A stretch of DNA of 64,000 nucleotides from Candidatus Thorarchaeota archaeon (GTDB taxonomy: Archaea; Asgardarchaeota; Thorarchaeia; Thorarchaeales; Thorarchaeaceae), in NCBI GenBank assembly GCA_016933575.1, contig JAFGAR010000088.1, positions 203,764 to 267,763 on the forward strand, in the 5' to 3' direction. Under the pieces are notes generated by a model. The model was not told the DNA's origin. It was given only the letters and a program-made list of their open reading frames with translations, and did not search any database. The translations under genes and the position numbers were made by a program. Shown piece after piece: positions 29,536-39,231 of this stretch. Numbering within the stretch: the stretch's first letter is position 1; every line of letters starts with the position of its first letter.

Positions 29536-31428
29536 TTGGCGAAACCTCAAGAATTGCTTGAAGACACACCTGGAAAAGAAGTACTACTTCTAGCGAACGA
29601 GGCGATTGCTCGTGGAGTGTTAGAGGCTGGAGTTCGACTTGTTTCTCTCTATCCAGGCACACCTAGCAGCGAAATTGGAAACAATCTTACTTTCATGGCA
29701 CCGCATATTCCAAATTTCTACTTTGAATTCAGTACAAATGAAAAGGTAGCCTTGGAAGTTGCTGGAGCTGCTGCAGTGGCTGGTGTTAGATCCATGATGG
29801 TCTGTAAAGGACCTGGACTGAATGTTGCCGCAGATCCATTCTTTTCTCTTGCATACGTAGGAGTACGCGCTGGAATGGTCATTGTTGTTGCTGATGATCC
29901 TAGTATGTGGAGCTCACAAAATGAGAATGATAGTCGATATTATGCATTAATGGGAAACATGCCAATGATGGAACCTGCAGATCCTATCGAAGCAAAATCA
30001 ATGCTACTTGAAGCATTCAAGTTTTCTGAAATATTTGAACTTCCAGTTCTGTTTAGAACAACAACCCGTGTGAATCATACTAGAGCTCCCATAAGATATG
30101 GACCAATTCTTCCACGTCCTGACAAAGTAGAATTCAAAAAGGATCCTTTCAGATTTGTACCAATTCCATCCGTTGCTAGAACTAGACATCCATGGTTACT
30201 TGCTCAAATCGAGAAAGCACGAGAAGTATCTGAAACCAGTCCTCTTAATTTTACAGAGGGTCAAGGAGATTTAGGAATTATTACTAGTGGTGTTTCATAT
30301 AATTATGTGAAAGAAGCTCTTGTTGTAATGAACCTTAAAGCTGAAGTCTTGAAGCTTGGAATCACTCATCCAATACCTGAGAAGAAGATTATTGATTTTC
30401 TTAAGCGACATAACAAGGTAGTCATCGTAGAAGAGCTTGAACCCTTCATCGAAACACATACTCGCCGATTATCACAGCTGCATTCTATCAAAGTGGAAAT
30501 ACTCGGCAAAGATCAGGGCTATTTCTCTCGTGTTGGTGAATACAGTCCTCGAATAGTTATGGAAGTCCTGTGCACAATTAATAATTGTAATACACCTATT
30601 AATTGGACAGAGATTGACAATAGAGTAGGAAAGATACCCGACTTACCACCAAGACCTCCTCTGCTATGCGCAGGTTGTCCTCATCGAGCATCTTACTATG
30701 CCATTCGAACAGCAACTAGAGGAAAAGCAATCTATCCTTCTGATATCGGTTGCTATACTTTGAGTATAGCTCCGCCTCTGGAAACAGCAGACATTCTCTT
30801 TGATATGGGTTCGTCGATTTCTACTGCATGTGGAATAGCAGAAGTAACTGACCAAGATGTTGTAGCAACAATTGGCGATAGTACCTTCTTTGCATCCGGA
30901 TTGCCCGGAATTGTTAATGCGGTATACAATCAACATCGAATTTGTCTTGTTGTTCTTGACAACAGAACAACAGCAATGACTGGGCATCAACCACATCCTG
31001 GTACAGGGATTACAGGTATGCAAAAGAAAGTTACACCTCTAGACATCGAAGATGTATGTAAGGGTCTCGGTGTGAAATATGTTAAAACAATCAATCCTTT
31101 TGAATCAGTAGCTGGTCTTGTTGGCGAAGTTCGAGAGATGGTAAAATGGTCTAGAGAGAATCATAGTCCTGCAGTACTAGTTTCCAAAGAACCATGTGCT
31201 TTGCTGACAGCTGCTGATCGTCGTCGTCAAGGACTTACTCCACCAAAATACTATGTTGATTCAGAAACATGTACTGCCTGCAAACGTTGCCTTAATCGTT
31301 TATCTTGTCCTGCAATGTACATGGACCCTGATACAGAAAAAGCAGTCATAGATGAAACACTCTGTAATCTATGTGGAACATGTGTAGCAGTCTGCCCTCA
31401 AGGTGCAATTAAGCAGGAGGGTAAATAA
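29536..31428 (+). CDS. iorA: Indolepyruvate:ferredoxin oxidoreductase alpha subunit
   Basis: YPGTPSSEI, STNEKVALE, GLNVAADP, LCAGCPHR, DIGCY, IGDSTF, C-terminal 2x[4Fe-4S]. Confidence 0.96.
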   Translation: MAKPQELLEDTPGKEVLLLANEAIARGVLEAGVRLVSLYPGTPSSEIGNNLTFMAPHIPNFYFEFSTNEKVALEVAGAAAVAGVRSMMVCKGPGLNVAADPFFSLAYVGVRAGMVIVVADDPSMWSSQNENDSRYYALMGNMPMMEPADPIEAKSMLLEAFKFSEIFELPVLFRTTTRVNHTRAPIRYGPILPRPDKVEFKKDPFRFVPIPSVARTRHPWLLAQIEKAREVSETSPLNFTEGQGDLGIITSGVSYNYVKEALVVMNLKAEVLKLGITHPIPEKKIIDFLKRHNKVVIVEELEPFIETHTRRLSQLHSIKVEILGKDQGYFSRVGEYSPRIVMEVLCTINNCNTPINWTEIDNRVGKIPDLPPRPPLLCAGCPHRASYYAIRTATRGKAIYPSDIGCYTLSIAPPLETADILFDMGSSISTACGIAEVTDQDVVATIGDSTFFASGLPGIVNAVYNQHRICLVVLDNRTTAMTGHQPHPGTGITGMQKKVTPLDIEDVCKGLGVKYVKTINPFESVAGLVGEVREMVKWSRENHSPAVLVSKEPCALLTAADRRRQGLTPPKYYVDSETCTACKRCLNRLSCPAMYMDPDTEKAVIDETLCNLCGTCVAVCPQGAIKQEGK

Positions 31429-32043
31429 ATGAGTCGTAATACTAGTAATACAATTATCAACATAGCTATATCCGGCGTTGGCGGTCAAGGTGTCTTGACT
31501 CTTGCAGAACTTCTTGCAAAGGCAGCCCTGAAAGAAGGCTTGAACGTGCGGGTCGGTGAGATTCATGGAATGGCTCAACGAGGTGGTCATGTAGTATGTA
31601 CCGTTAGAATCGGTGATGCTCACGGTCCAGTAATTGACACAGGTACTGCAGATCTATTAGTTGGTTTTGAACCGGTTGAAACATTAAGAGAAATTCATCT
31701 AGTCAAAAGGGGTGGATATGTGCTGATGAGTTCACATATTCAATTTCCTGTAGCAGTATCTATGGGGAAGGCCAAGTACCCAAGTAATGATGAAATCCTA
31801 GACACAATCAAGACATTCACGAACAAGATTATTGAATTCGATGCAATGGAGGTCGCCCGGAACTCAGGAAGTTCCAGAGCATTAAACATGGTCATGTTTG
31901 GTGGAATCATCGGCACTGGTCTTGTTCCAATTAGCAAAGATGCTGCTCTTCAAGTCATACGTGAATCGTTTCCCTCTAAATTTGAGAAAATAAACACAAT
32001 TGCAGCAGAAACGGGTATCAACAAGGTCAAGCAATTGCTCTAA
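31429..32043 (+). CDS. iorB: Indolepyruvate:ferredoxin oxidoreductase beta subunit
   Basis: GVGGQGVL, EIHGMAQRGG, ADLLVGFEP.E, NMVMFG. Confidence 0.95.
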   Translation: MSRNTSNTIINIAISGVGGQGVLTLAELLAKAALKEGLNVRVGEIHGMAQRGGHVVCTVRIGDAHGPVIDTGTADLLVGFEPVETLREIHLVKRGGYVLMSSHIQFPVAVSMGKAKYPSNDEILDTIKTFTNKIIEFDAMEVARNSGSSRALNMVMFGGIIGTGLVPISKDAALQVIRESFPSKFEKINTIAAETGINKVKQLL

Positions 32044-32066
32044 TTATGTATTAATTGTATTACATA

Positions 32067-34427
32067 TTATGACCACTGATTGACGAACAGAGCTGCACTA
32101 CTTGCAACTTGTCCTGCTGATACTCCACCATCGCCAGGTGGAATAATTGAATGAAATATAGGAACCAATCCAGACCGCTTCACTTGTTTCCCAATTGCTG
32201 ATGTGATAATCCGATTAAGAGCCACCCCACCAGAAAATCCAATATGTAACACTCCTTCTTCTTCAGCCACATCACAGGCAAGCTTTGCAAGACTCTCACC
32301 TAAATGCCATTGAGCGATATATGCAAGTTCCTTTCTACTGACTCCTTTATTCTTGAGATCAAGAATCTCCAAGAGTGAATTAGTAGTGTCCAAAACAGGA
32401 CCATAATCTGCTTCTACAAATCTTGGTTCGATTCTAATATCACTAGGATGAGCGACTGCCTCCAATTTTATTGGACACTCACCATCATACGAGTTTTCTG
32501 AGCAAATATCCAGGGCAAGAGCTATAGCATCAAGAAATCGACCAGCACTCGTACTTGAAATCGTGTTTATTCTCTGTCTTTCAGATTTGAGTAGAGTTTC
32601 CAATACTTGTTCAGAAATTGGTGTATTAGGTCCCACTTGGGATGATCCTAACATATCCAGGAGTTTCTTACTATCTATCTCTTCTCCAACAATTCCAATG
32701 AGTGATCGTGCAGCATAGACTGCAGACAAATCACCACCTGTGTATACCTGAGAAACAAGCCCTCCTCTTCTCTCAGATTCTTCACAATTACCAACAAGAA
32801 TCTCACCACCCCAAGCAGTTCCATCTGTTCCATATCCATATCCATCAGCTGTAATACAAACAATACGACTATCACAGGGAATCACACCATCAACCATTAC
32901 TGCTGCAAGATGTGCGTGATGATGTTGAATACGAAAGAGGGGAACATTGTTGCTGTTAGACAATCTTTGAGCCAATTCAGTGCTCAAGAATTCAGGATGC
33001 AAATCACAGGCAACAGCATCTAACTTATTGACATCAAGAAGATGTAACATATGTTCAATTGCATCAGAGAGAAAATCAATATTTTCTGATTGATCAGTAT
33101 CTCCAATGTATTGTGTCATATATATTCGACCAGATTTTAGGACCGCCCCTGTTGTTTTTTCTTCTGGACCAACACCAATAATTCTGAGAGATCTCCATGG
33201 CCCGCCAAAGTGAAGTGGTTCTGGTACGTAGCCCCTTGCACGTCTGATGAAAACAGGACTTGTATCATCTAACAATTTGACAACTGAATCATCAGCCCGT
33301 TGATGGATCCTTCGGTTGTGAACTAAGAAATAATCGACAATATCGCTCAGTTCACTCATTATTTTACTCGAATCAATGTACATAGGGACCCCAGTAGGGT
33401 TCGCACTTGTCATGACCAAAGCTGGTTCCTTAGTGTACTTGAAAAGAAGATGATGCATTGGTGCGTATGGTAACATGACTCCGATACTGTCCAAGTTCGG
33501 AGCTATAGCATCTAAGACATCATGCTGTAATATCTGTAATACATTATTTTCAAAGTTCTTCTTCGCCAAGACTATAGGTCTTCTCCATGAAGTGAGAATT
33601 CTTTCTTCAACTTCATTGATATTAACGATACCTTTGAGAGTTTTCAAATCCCGAACCATAATCGCAAATGGTTGGGTTGGTCTTCCTTTTCTTAGTCTTA
33701 ATCTATGAATTACTCTATGATCACTAGTCTTTGTTGCAATGTGAGTTCCAGATATTCCTTGAAGTGCGACTATCTTATCACGGTCAATTAGATTCGCAGT
33801 CATTTCAATTGGATTTCTATCAGAGACCGTTTCACTATCTTTGTCAAGAAGTCGGTAAATTGGACCACACGTTTCACAGGCTGTTGTCTGAGCATGATAT
33901 CTTCTATCAAAGGGATTTGTATAACCTGTATTACAAATATTACATAATGGAAAATCTATCATAGTAGTATTTGGTCTATCGTAAGGAAGATCTGTAACAG
34001 TTGAGAACCTTGGTCCACACGCCGCACATGATGTGAATGGGTAGAGATACCAATGAGATGTTGGATCATCTAGATCCCTGATGCAATCATCACAGATTGC
34101 AATGTCTGGTGGTAATACAGGAATAGCGTCTTTATTTCTCTCTGTTGAAGACTTACGGATTTCGAACTCTCTGAATACCTTCTGTGAATTTGACCATTGT
34201 ACGTCGAGCGAATCTATCCTTGATATCGAAGGAGAATCATGTTTAATATTCCAAATCAAATTTTGAATACTTTCTTCTTCACCTTCAACAATAATCTCAA
34301 CACCTGCATCACCAAGATTCTTGACATAGCCATCAAGCGACAATGACTTTGCAATACGATAGATGAAAGGTCTAAATCCTACTCCTTGAACGATTCCAGT
34401 TACATGGATTGTCGCTTGTTTTTGCAC
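32067..34427 (-). CDS. hypF: Carbamoyltransferase HypF
   Basis: GIVQGVGFRPF, two Zn fingers, VMTSAN, DLHP, QHHHAH, DGYGYG.DG..WGGE, GDGGVSAGQ. Confidence 0.97.
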   Translation of the reverse strand: MQKQATIHVTGIVQGVGFRPFIYRIAKSLSLDGYVKNLGDAGVEIIVEGEEESIQNLIWNIKHDSPSISRIDSLDVQWSNSQKVFREFEIRKSSTERNKDAIPVLPPDIAICDDCIRDLDDPTSHWYLYPFTSCAACGPRFSTVTDLPYDRPNTTMIDFPLCNICNTGYTNPFDRRYHAQTTACETCGPIYRLLDKDSETVSDRNPIEMTANLIDRDKIVALQGISGTHIATKTSDHRVIHRLRLRKGRPTQPFAIMVRDLKTLKGIVNINEVEERILTSWRRPIVLAKKNFENNVLQILQHDVLDAIAPNLDSIGVMLPYAPMHHLLFKYTKEPALVMTSANPTGVPMYIDSSKIMSELSDIVDYFLVHNRRIHQRADDSVVKLLDDTSPVFIRRARGYVPEPLHFGGPWRSLRIIGVGPEEKTTGAVLKSGRIYMTQYIGDTDQSENIDFLSDAIEHMLHLLDVNKLDAVACDLHPEFLSTELAQRLSNSNNVPLFRIQHHHAHLAAVMVDGVIPCDSRIVCITADGYGYGTDGTAWGGEILVGNCEESERRGGLVSQVYTGGDLSAVYAARSLIGIVGEEIDSKKLLDMLGSSQVGPNTPISEQVLETLLKSERQRINTISSTSAGRFLDAIALALDICSENSYDGECPIKLEAVAHPSDIRIEPRFVEADYGPVLDTTNSLLEILDLKNKGVSRKELAYIAQWHLGESLAKLACDVAEEEGVLHIGFSGGVALNRIITSAIGKQVKRSGLVPIFHSIIPPGDGGVSAGQVASSAALFVNQWS

Positions 34428-34585
34428 TGTAGTAGCTCCTTCACATTTTAATATTCAAACTAAATATTAATCCAATGACGTGGTCCTATAACGACTTAAT
34501 GTATCGTAATACAAATAATACAATCATATATTCTACTTAGTATAGGTCCTCTTAAGGCTTGAAACATATAAACATCTGATCAGGC

Positions 34586-34999
34586 TTGACGACTAACACT
34601 CCTATCAAATCATTAGTTCACGAACCAGAGACAACCCCCTCAGTCTTAGCTTCAATTCCTGACAGTCTCAAGTATACACTTCTTGAGTCTATCAGTGTTG
34701 AGAAAAAATCAAGAAAATCAATACTTGTTTCAAGTAACAATCTCACAAATCGTTTCATTCTATCAAGATGGGGAATTCGACCATCTCAGCGAAGGCGATA
34801 CAAGAATCTATTTTCATCGATAAGAAAACACTGCCGAATACTCTTTCAACATTATCTTCTTCGTGGACGTATAGAATGGATTGATAATTCAGGAAAACAT
34901 CTCTTTGGTGTTTTCAAATTTGATGAAGTACGTGGCAATCTAATCTTGGGATTTGTTCCAATGTCTCCAGAATCCGAATGGACTCTTTCTAATCGATGA
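34586..34999 (+). CDS. Basic hypothetical protein (possible DNA-binding)
   Basis: 137-aa ORF, Arg/Lys-rich; flanked by TGTAWTACA arrays on both sides. Confidence 0.55.
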   Translation: MTTNTPIKSLVHEPETTPSVLASIPDSLKYTLLESISVEKKSRKSILVSSNNLTNRFILSRWGIRPSQRRRYKNLFSSIRKHCRILFQHYLLRGRIEWIDNSGKHLFGVFKFDEVRGNLILGFVPMSPESEWTLSNR

Positions 35000-35185
35000 C
35001 ATCCATTAGCGTTTTCTGTAATACAAGTATCACAATATTTAAAGAAGAGGAATAAGTTATCTACCTTTGTATACAATATTGTATCCGTGCAGAACAACAG
35101 ACTTCACATTGAAGGAAATGCGTTATTGGTGGCTTAGAAGGCTTTTAGAAGCATTTTCTATCTACCATGAAGGAGCACTACCAGG

Positions 35186-35716
35186 ATGAACAATAATGAT
35201 AAAAAAATGAGGGAGATAGCATCTGGAACAAAACAGGTATTACAAGAACCAATTCTTAGACTACTACAAGCCGGGTCTGTACTAAGTCTCCCACAGCTTG
35301 AAACACTTCTAATAGATTTGGTCATCGAAGACAACTATGGTACTCATATCACTTATGATGATAAAGCATCTTTTAGATCCAAATCCGGAACTAGATCAAA
35401 AGGCGTTTCAAGAGGTGCATTCAATAGAACATTAAAACAAGCCAGAAAAAATGTGACAAGGTGTCTCTATACAATGCTACTCCTTACTTACCTTGGTTTG
35501 TTTGAACTTACGATATTTCGTCCTTTCGAAGAAGTTGCAGCTCGTATCGGCGATTATCGTAGAATCAGAGAAATACTCGCAGGGAAGACAGACTTGAGTC
35601 AAGAGGATCTAGAAAGCATCAAAGTCACTGAACGTACGATTATTGCAGCCTTAGAAGATTTAGTTTCATCTCTTGCATTAAAGACCGAAACTTCAAGAAG
35701 GAAACCTATGGAATAA
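35186..35716 (+). CDS. Hypothetical protein with HTH-like segment
   Basis: LSLPQLETLL...YDDKA...GVSRGAFNRTLKQARKN resembles a sigma-region-4/Tfx-like HTH. Confidence 0.6.
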   Translation: MNNNDKKMREIASGTKQVLQEPILRLLQAGSVLSLPQLETLLIDLVIEDNYGTHITYDDKASFRSKSGTRSKGVSRGAFNRTLKQARKNVTRCLYTMLLLTYLGLFELTIFRPFEEVAARIGDYRRIREILAGKTDLSQEDLESIKVTERTIIAALEDLVSSLALKTETSRRKPME

Positions 35717-36217
35717 TTTGAAAATATGTATTATTTGTATTACATCATGAATTCTAGATAGTCCTAGAATTTTAGTCAGAGCTGTAAAAAAGAAACGGCT
35801 CGAGTGTGTCGTACAGAAGAAGCGCGACAGACATCTGGAATCACATTCCGGCACTAGCGCATTCAAGCTACCGTTAAGTCATCCTGGAGATTTTTTGAGG
35901 AGATAGAGATGACAATGAAAGTACCTGAAACGTCAGAGTGATTGTGATCCATCGACGTCAGCCTATCTTCCATTGTTACAACACACTCATACAATGACAT
36001 GTAACAATTGTACATAGTTCTAATCTTAGAACGAGAAATTCTAGGTCAAATCATCAAAGTCTTGGCGCGAAATTATATCGAAAGGATTAGAATCTCCATA
36101 TATCTAATACTAGTAATACAAATAATACATTTTCTACTCAATAGCACAATTAATCACATAAGTATGAGAACCATATCAAAAGTAAACCAATGATTATCAA
36201 AATCACGAGGTCCAGTA

Positions 36218-37447
36218 TTGTCTGAAGAAAAGAATCGTTCATCAATCCTGAAAGCCGCAAAAGACCGCGCAAGGCAATCAGAAATGCAATCAAATATTCA
36301 AATGATTACTGATGCCATTGGAGACCGAAGGGATCGCGACCTATTAGACATTCTTTCCCAATTGGAACAAGATACTGGTTGGCCAATCGCTCTCGAGTAT
36401 CTACTTGAAGCAAAAGACTTTTGCTACTCACTTCCAATTGGATCTGGTCCAATAAGGACTCAACTAGAACCCCTCAAGTATCGAGAGATGGTATTTTCCA
36501 TTTTTTCATGTGATGGACTTGAGCCAATTATCACGCCTACCATTGAACTACTAACTCCTTTGAAAGACGAGCACTCCCTTCTGGATGCATCTCGCAAATT
36601 GCGCAACAGAATCGAGCAATTAGCTATGAATCAAATTCAATCTGGAGATACATTGTTTTTCGACTCTTCAGATTTTGGAATCTCATTTTCAAAAGAATTC
36701 TCAAACACACTTGATCAAATGATGAACAAACAAATCCATGGACTGGTCTTGGAGAAACATAATGATGAGATTGACATCAGTCCTCTTTGGCAATATGAAA
36801 CAGGTCGTTTAACATTATCAAAATTGGGAATTAGAGGGAAGGAGATAGATCTTGAAACTGCTAATCTAGTATTATCTGTAATACAACAACCAATCACAAT
36901 CTCTAATTCTTCTACACACAATAGTTCCCCATTACATCATCCAACAAATCCAAAATACAGGGAATTGCTTGACTGCATTATTGAACAGAACATCGATGGA
37001 CTGCGTTCATTGTCAAGTAGACATTCTTACATTATACTAAAACAACTATTAGAGGAAGCAATAGATCGATATGCTCAAACATCATCAAGTCTAGATTATA
37101 GACGAATTCTAAATCTTATCAATGCTCATGTCAGAATCCGAACTCCAGAATCAATTCAATTACTTCAACTTCTCATAAATCACAAGGATATACGTATTGC
37201 ATCTGTGGCAATCACGGCTTTGGGCAACTTCTATCACGAGTCAGCTGTATATGTCTTGGTGGATTCTTTATGTGATACCAAAAATATGGAGATTGTAAGA
37301 AGAACCACAGCTGCAATCAAAACCATTGCACGAAGGTGTCCAGAAACCAATTATGTAATCATGCAAGCTCTTGAATCTGCATGTACACACAAAGCTCGAT
37401 TACGACATATACAGAAGGAAATTGGCAAGCAAAAGGCTTTGTATTAA
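36218..37447 (+). CDS. Hypothetical protein with C-terminal HEAT repeats
   Basis: DIRIASVAITALGNF..AVYVLVDSLCD..EIVRRTTAAIKTI. Confidence 0.7.
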   Translation: MSEEKNRSSILKAAKDRARQSEMQSNIQMITDAIGDRRDRDLLDILSQLEQDTGWPIALEYLLEAKDFCYSLPIGSGPIRTQLEPLKYREMVFSIFSCDGLEPIITPTIELLTPLKDEHSLLDASRKLRNRIEQLAMNQIQSGDTLFFDSSDFGISFSKEFSNTLDQMMNKQIHGLVLEKHNDEIDISPLWQYETGRLTLSKLGIRGKEIDLETANLVLSVIQQPITISNSSTHNSSPLHHPTNPKYRELLDCIIEQNIDGLRSLSSRHSYIILKQLLEEAIDRYAQTSSSLDYRRILNLINAHVRIRTPESIQLLQLLINHKDIRIASVAITALGNFYHESAVYVLVDSLCDTKNMEIVRRTTAAIKTIARRCPETNYVIMQALESACTHKARLRHIQKEIGKQKALY

Positions 37448-37511
37448 TAGTATTACATGTATTTTATTACTCTCGACAGACATAAATCGTATTCGTATCA
37501 GGCGTCAGATT

Positions 37512-38897
37512 ATGACAGGTTCTCATGACGAAATTTTCCAAAGTATTGATCCTTTCTTCAACCCAAAACGTGTAGCTTTAGTTGGTGCATCTGCAGACTA
37601 TCGGAAACTAGGGAATTCAATTCTAATGAATCTCTTAGCTTCAGAAATTGAAGTGTATCCAATAACTCATAGCAGAGAACACGTTCTTGGAGTAAAAGCA
37701 TACCCCAGTCTTTCTAATTTGCCAGAACCTGTTGATCTTGTGATAGTGGTAGTCGCTGCTAGACATTGCCCTCCACTAATGTCGGAGATAAGAAAGGCTG
37801 GAGCTAAGAATGCTGTGATAATATCTGGTGGGTTTAGTGAGACCGGTCCTGAGGGGCAGGAACATGAAAGAGAATTGGTAAAAGCAGCAAGAGATTCAAA
37901 TGTAAGAATAATTGGTCCTAATTGTGTTGGCGTTTCTAATAGTCGTCTCTTTAATGGTACCTTTACAATGATGCCAGAAAGAGGAAATATCGCATTTGTA
38001 TCTCAGAGTGGTGCTCTTGGAGGTATGAGTATATACACAACAAGAGCGAAAAGAATCGGAATGAGTAAATTTGCAAGCATTGGTAATTCAGCTGATGTAG
38101 GATTCGTTGAAATCTTGGATTACTTCACACAAGACTCTAAGTCAACTGTAATTGCAGTGTATATTGAAGGTGTCAATGATGGGCGTGCATTATTTGAATC
38201 ACTTCAAAGAGCAGCCGTAGTGAAACCAGTTGTTGTATTAAAAGGTGGAAGAAGTGAAGCCGGAGGACATGCAACCCAATCGCATACTGGTTCTCTTGCC
38301 GGTTCATCACAAATCTTTGATGGGATGCTTCGTCAAGCTGGTTGTGTGACAGCTCCCACTCTTGACACACTTTTTGAAATATGCAAGCTCTTTGATTATC
38401 AACCTCTCCCCAGAGGTTGTAATATTGGTATTATTAGTAATACAGGAGGAGCAGGAGTACTAGCAACAGATTCTGCTTCAGTATCTGGACTATCTATTGC
38501 TTCATTTGAGGACGAAACAAAACACGAATTACGTCAAGTATTGTCACCCATAGCATCTGTCAATAATCCTATCGATGTTGTTGCAAGTGGTGGAAGGAGA
38601 GAATATCGAATTGCCACGGAGCTTCTTCTGAAAGATCCAAATGTAGACATGCTGCTTGTCATTTGTGGAGTACCAACATTTGCAGGAATGACACAGACAG
38701 AACACGCGGCAGGGACTCTTGAAGGTGTAAGGATGGCTTCAACTGAGAAACCTGTTATCGGAGTATGGCTTGCAGGTGACGTTGGAAAACCTGGCAAGGA
38801 TTTGTTAGAAATGAACAGAATCCCATGCTTCGATGATCCTGCCTTGGCTGCACTCTGCATGTCGCGAATTGCTGAATATGCTAGGAATCACAAATAA
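37512..38897 (+). CDS. acdA: Acyl-CoA synthetase (ADP-forming) alpha subunit
   Basis: FFNPKRVALVGAS, ISGGFSE, RIIGPNCVG, SQSGALG, SHTGSLAG, NPID. Confidence 0.92.
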   Translation: MTGSHDEIFQSIDPFFNPKRVALVGASADYRKLGNSILMNLLASEIEVYPITHSREHVLGVKAYPSLSNLPEPVDLVIVVVAARHCPPLMSEIRKAGAKNAVIISGGFSETGPEGQEHERELVKAARDSNVRIIGPNCVGVSNSRLFNGTFTMMPERGNIAFVSQSGALGGMSIYTTRAKRIGMSKFASIGNSADVGFVEILDYFTQDSKSTVIAVYIEGVNDGRALFESLQRAAVVKPVVVLKGGRSEAGGHATQSHTGSLAGSSQIFDGMLRQAGCVTAPTLDTLFEICKLFDYQPLPRGCNIGIISNTGGAGVLATDSASVSGLSIASFEDETKHELRQVLSPIASVNNPIDVVASGGRREYRIATELLLKDPNVDMLLVICGVPTFAGMTQTEHAAGTLEGVRMASTEKPVIGVWLAGDVGKPGKDLLEMNRIPCFDDPALAALCMSRIAEYARNHK

Positions 38898-38930
38898 CGA
38901 TGTATGTAATACAAATATTACAACACTGGA

Positions 38931-39230
38931 CTACTTGAGATATTCCTCTGCGATTTGGGGAAATTGTCTTGTTATTGCTTCACGAAGCTGTTGCTCAACC
39001 CACATACTCAGATTAATTGCATTATTCTTTCGAATAGCTTTTAGACATGCTCGAAGATCCATTGGTATTGAAAATGATACAATAGGACTCTTTCGTTCCT
39101 TATTGGGTACAGCCGCAAGCATCTCAGTTGTCTTTGTCAAAGCTTGTGATTCACGAGAAACTGATTTTGTGGTTGGACTCTCTTCTTCTTTTTCAGCTTC
39201 TTCACGTCTATATTTTCCAAGTAGACTCAT
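38931..39230 (-). CDS. Ribbon-helix-helix protein with disordered N-terminal tail (ParG/SegB-like architecture)
   Basis: ATG 39230 is 1 nt after the ATPase stop, with AGGAGGT SD; PIVSFSIP-DLRACLKAIRK-NLSMWVEQQLREAI is an RHH pattern. Confidence 0.7.
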   Translation of the reverse strand: MSLLGKYRREEAEKEEESPTTKSVSRESQALTKTTEMLAAVPNKERKSPIVSFSIPMDLRACLKAIRKNNAINLSMWVEQQLREAITRQFPQIAEEYLK

Positions 39231-39231
39231 A

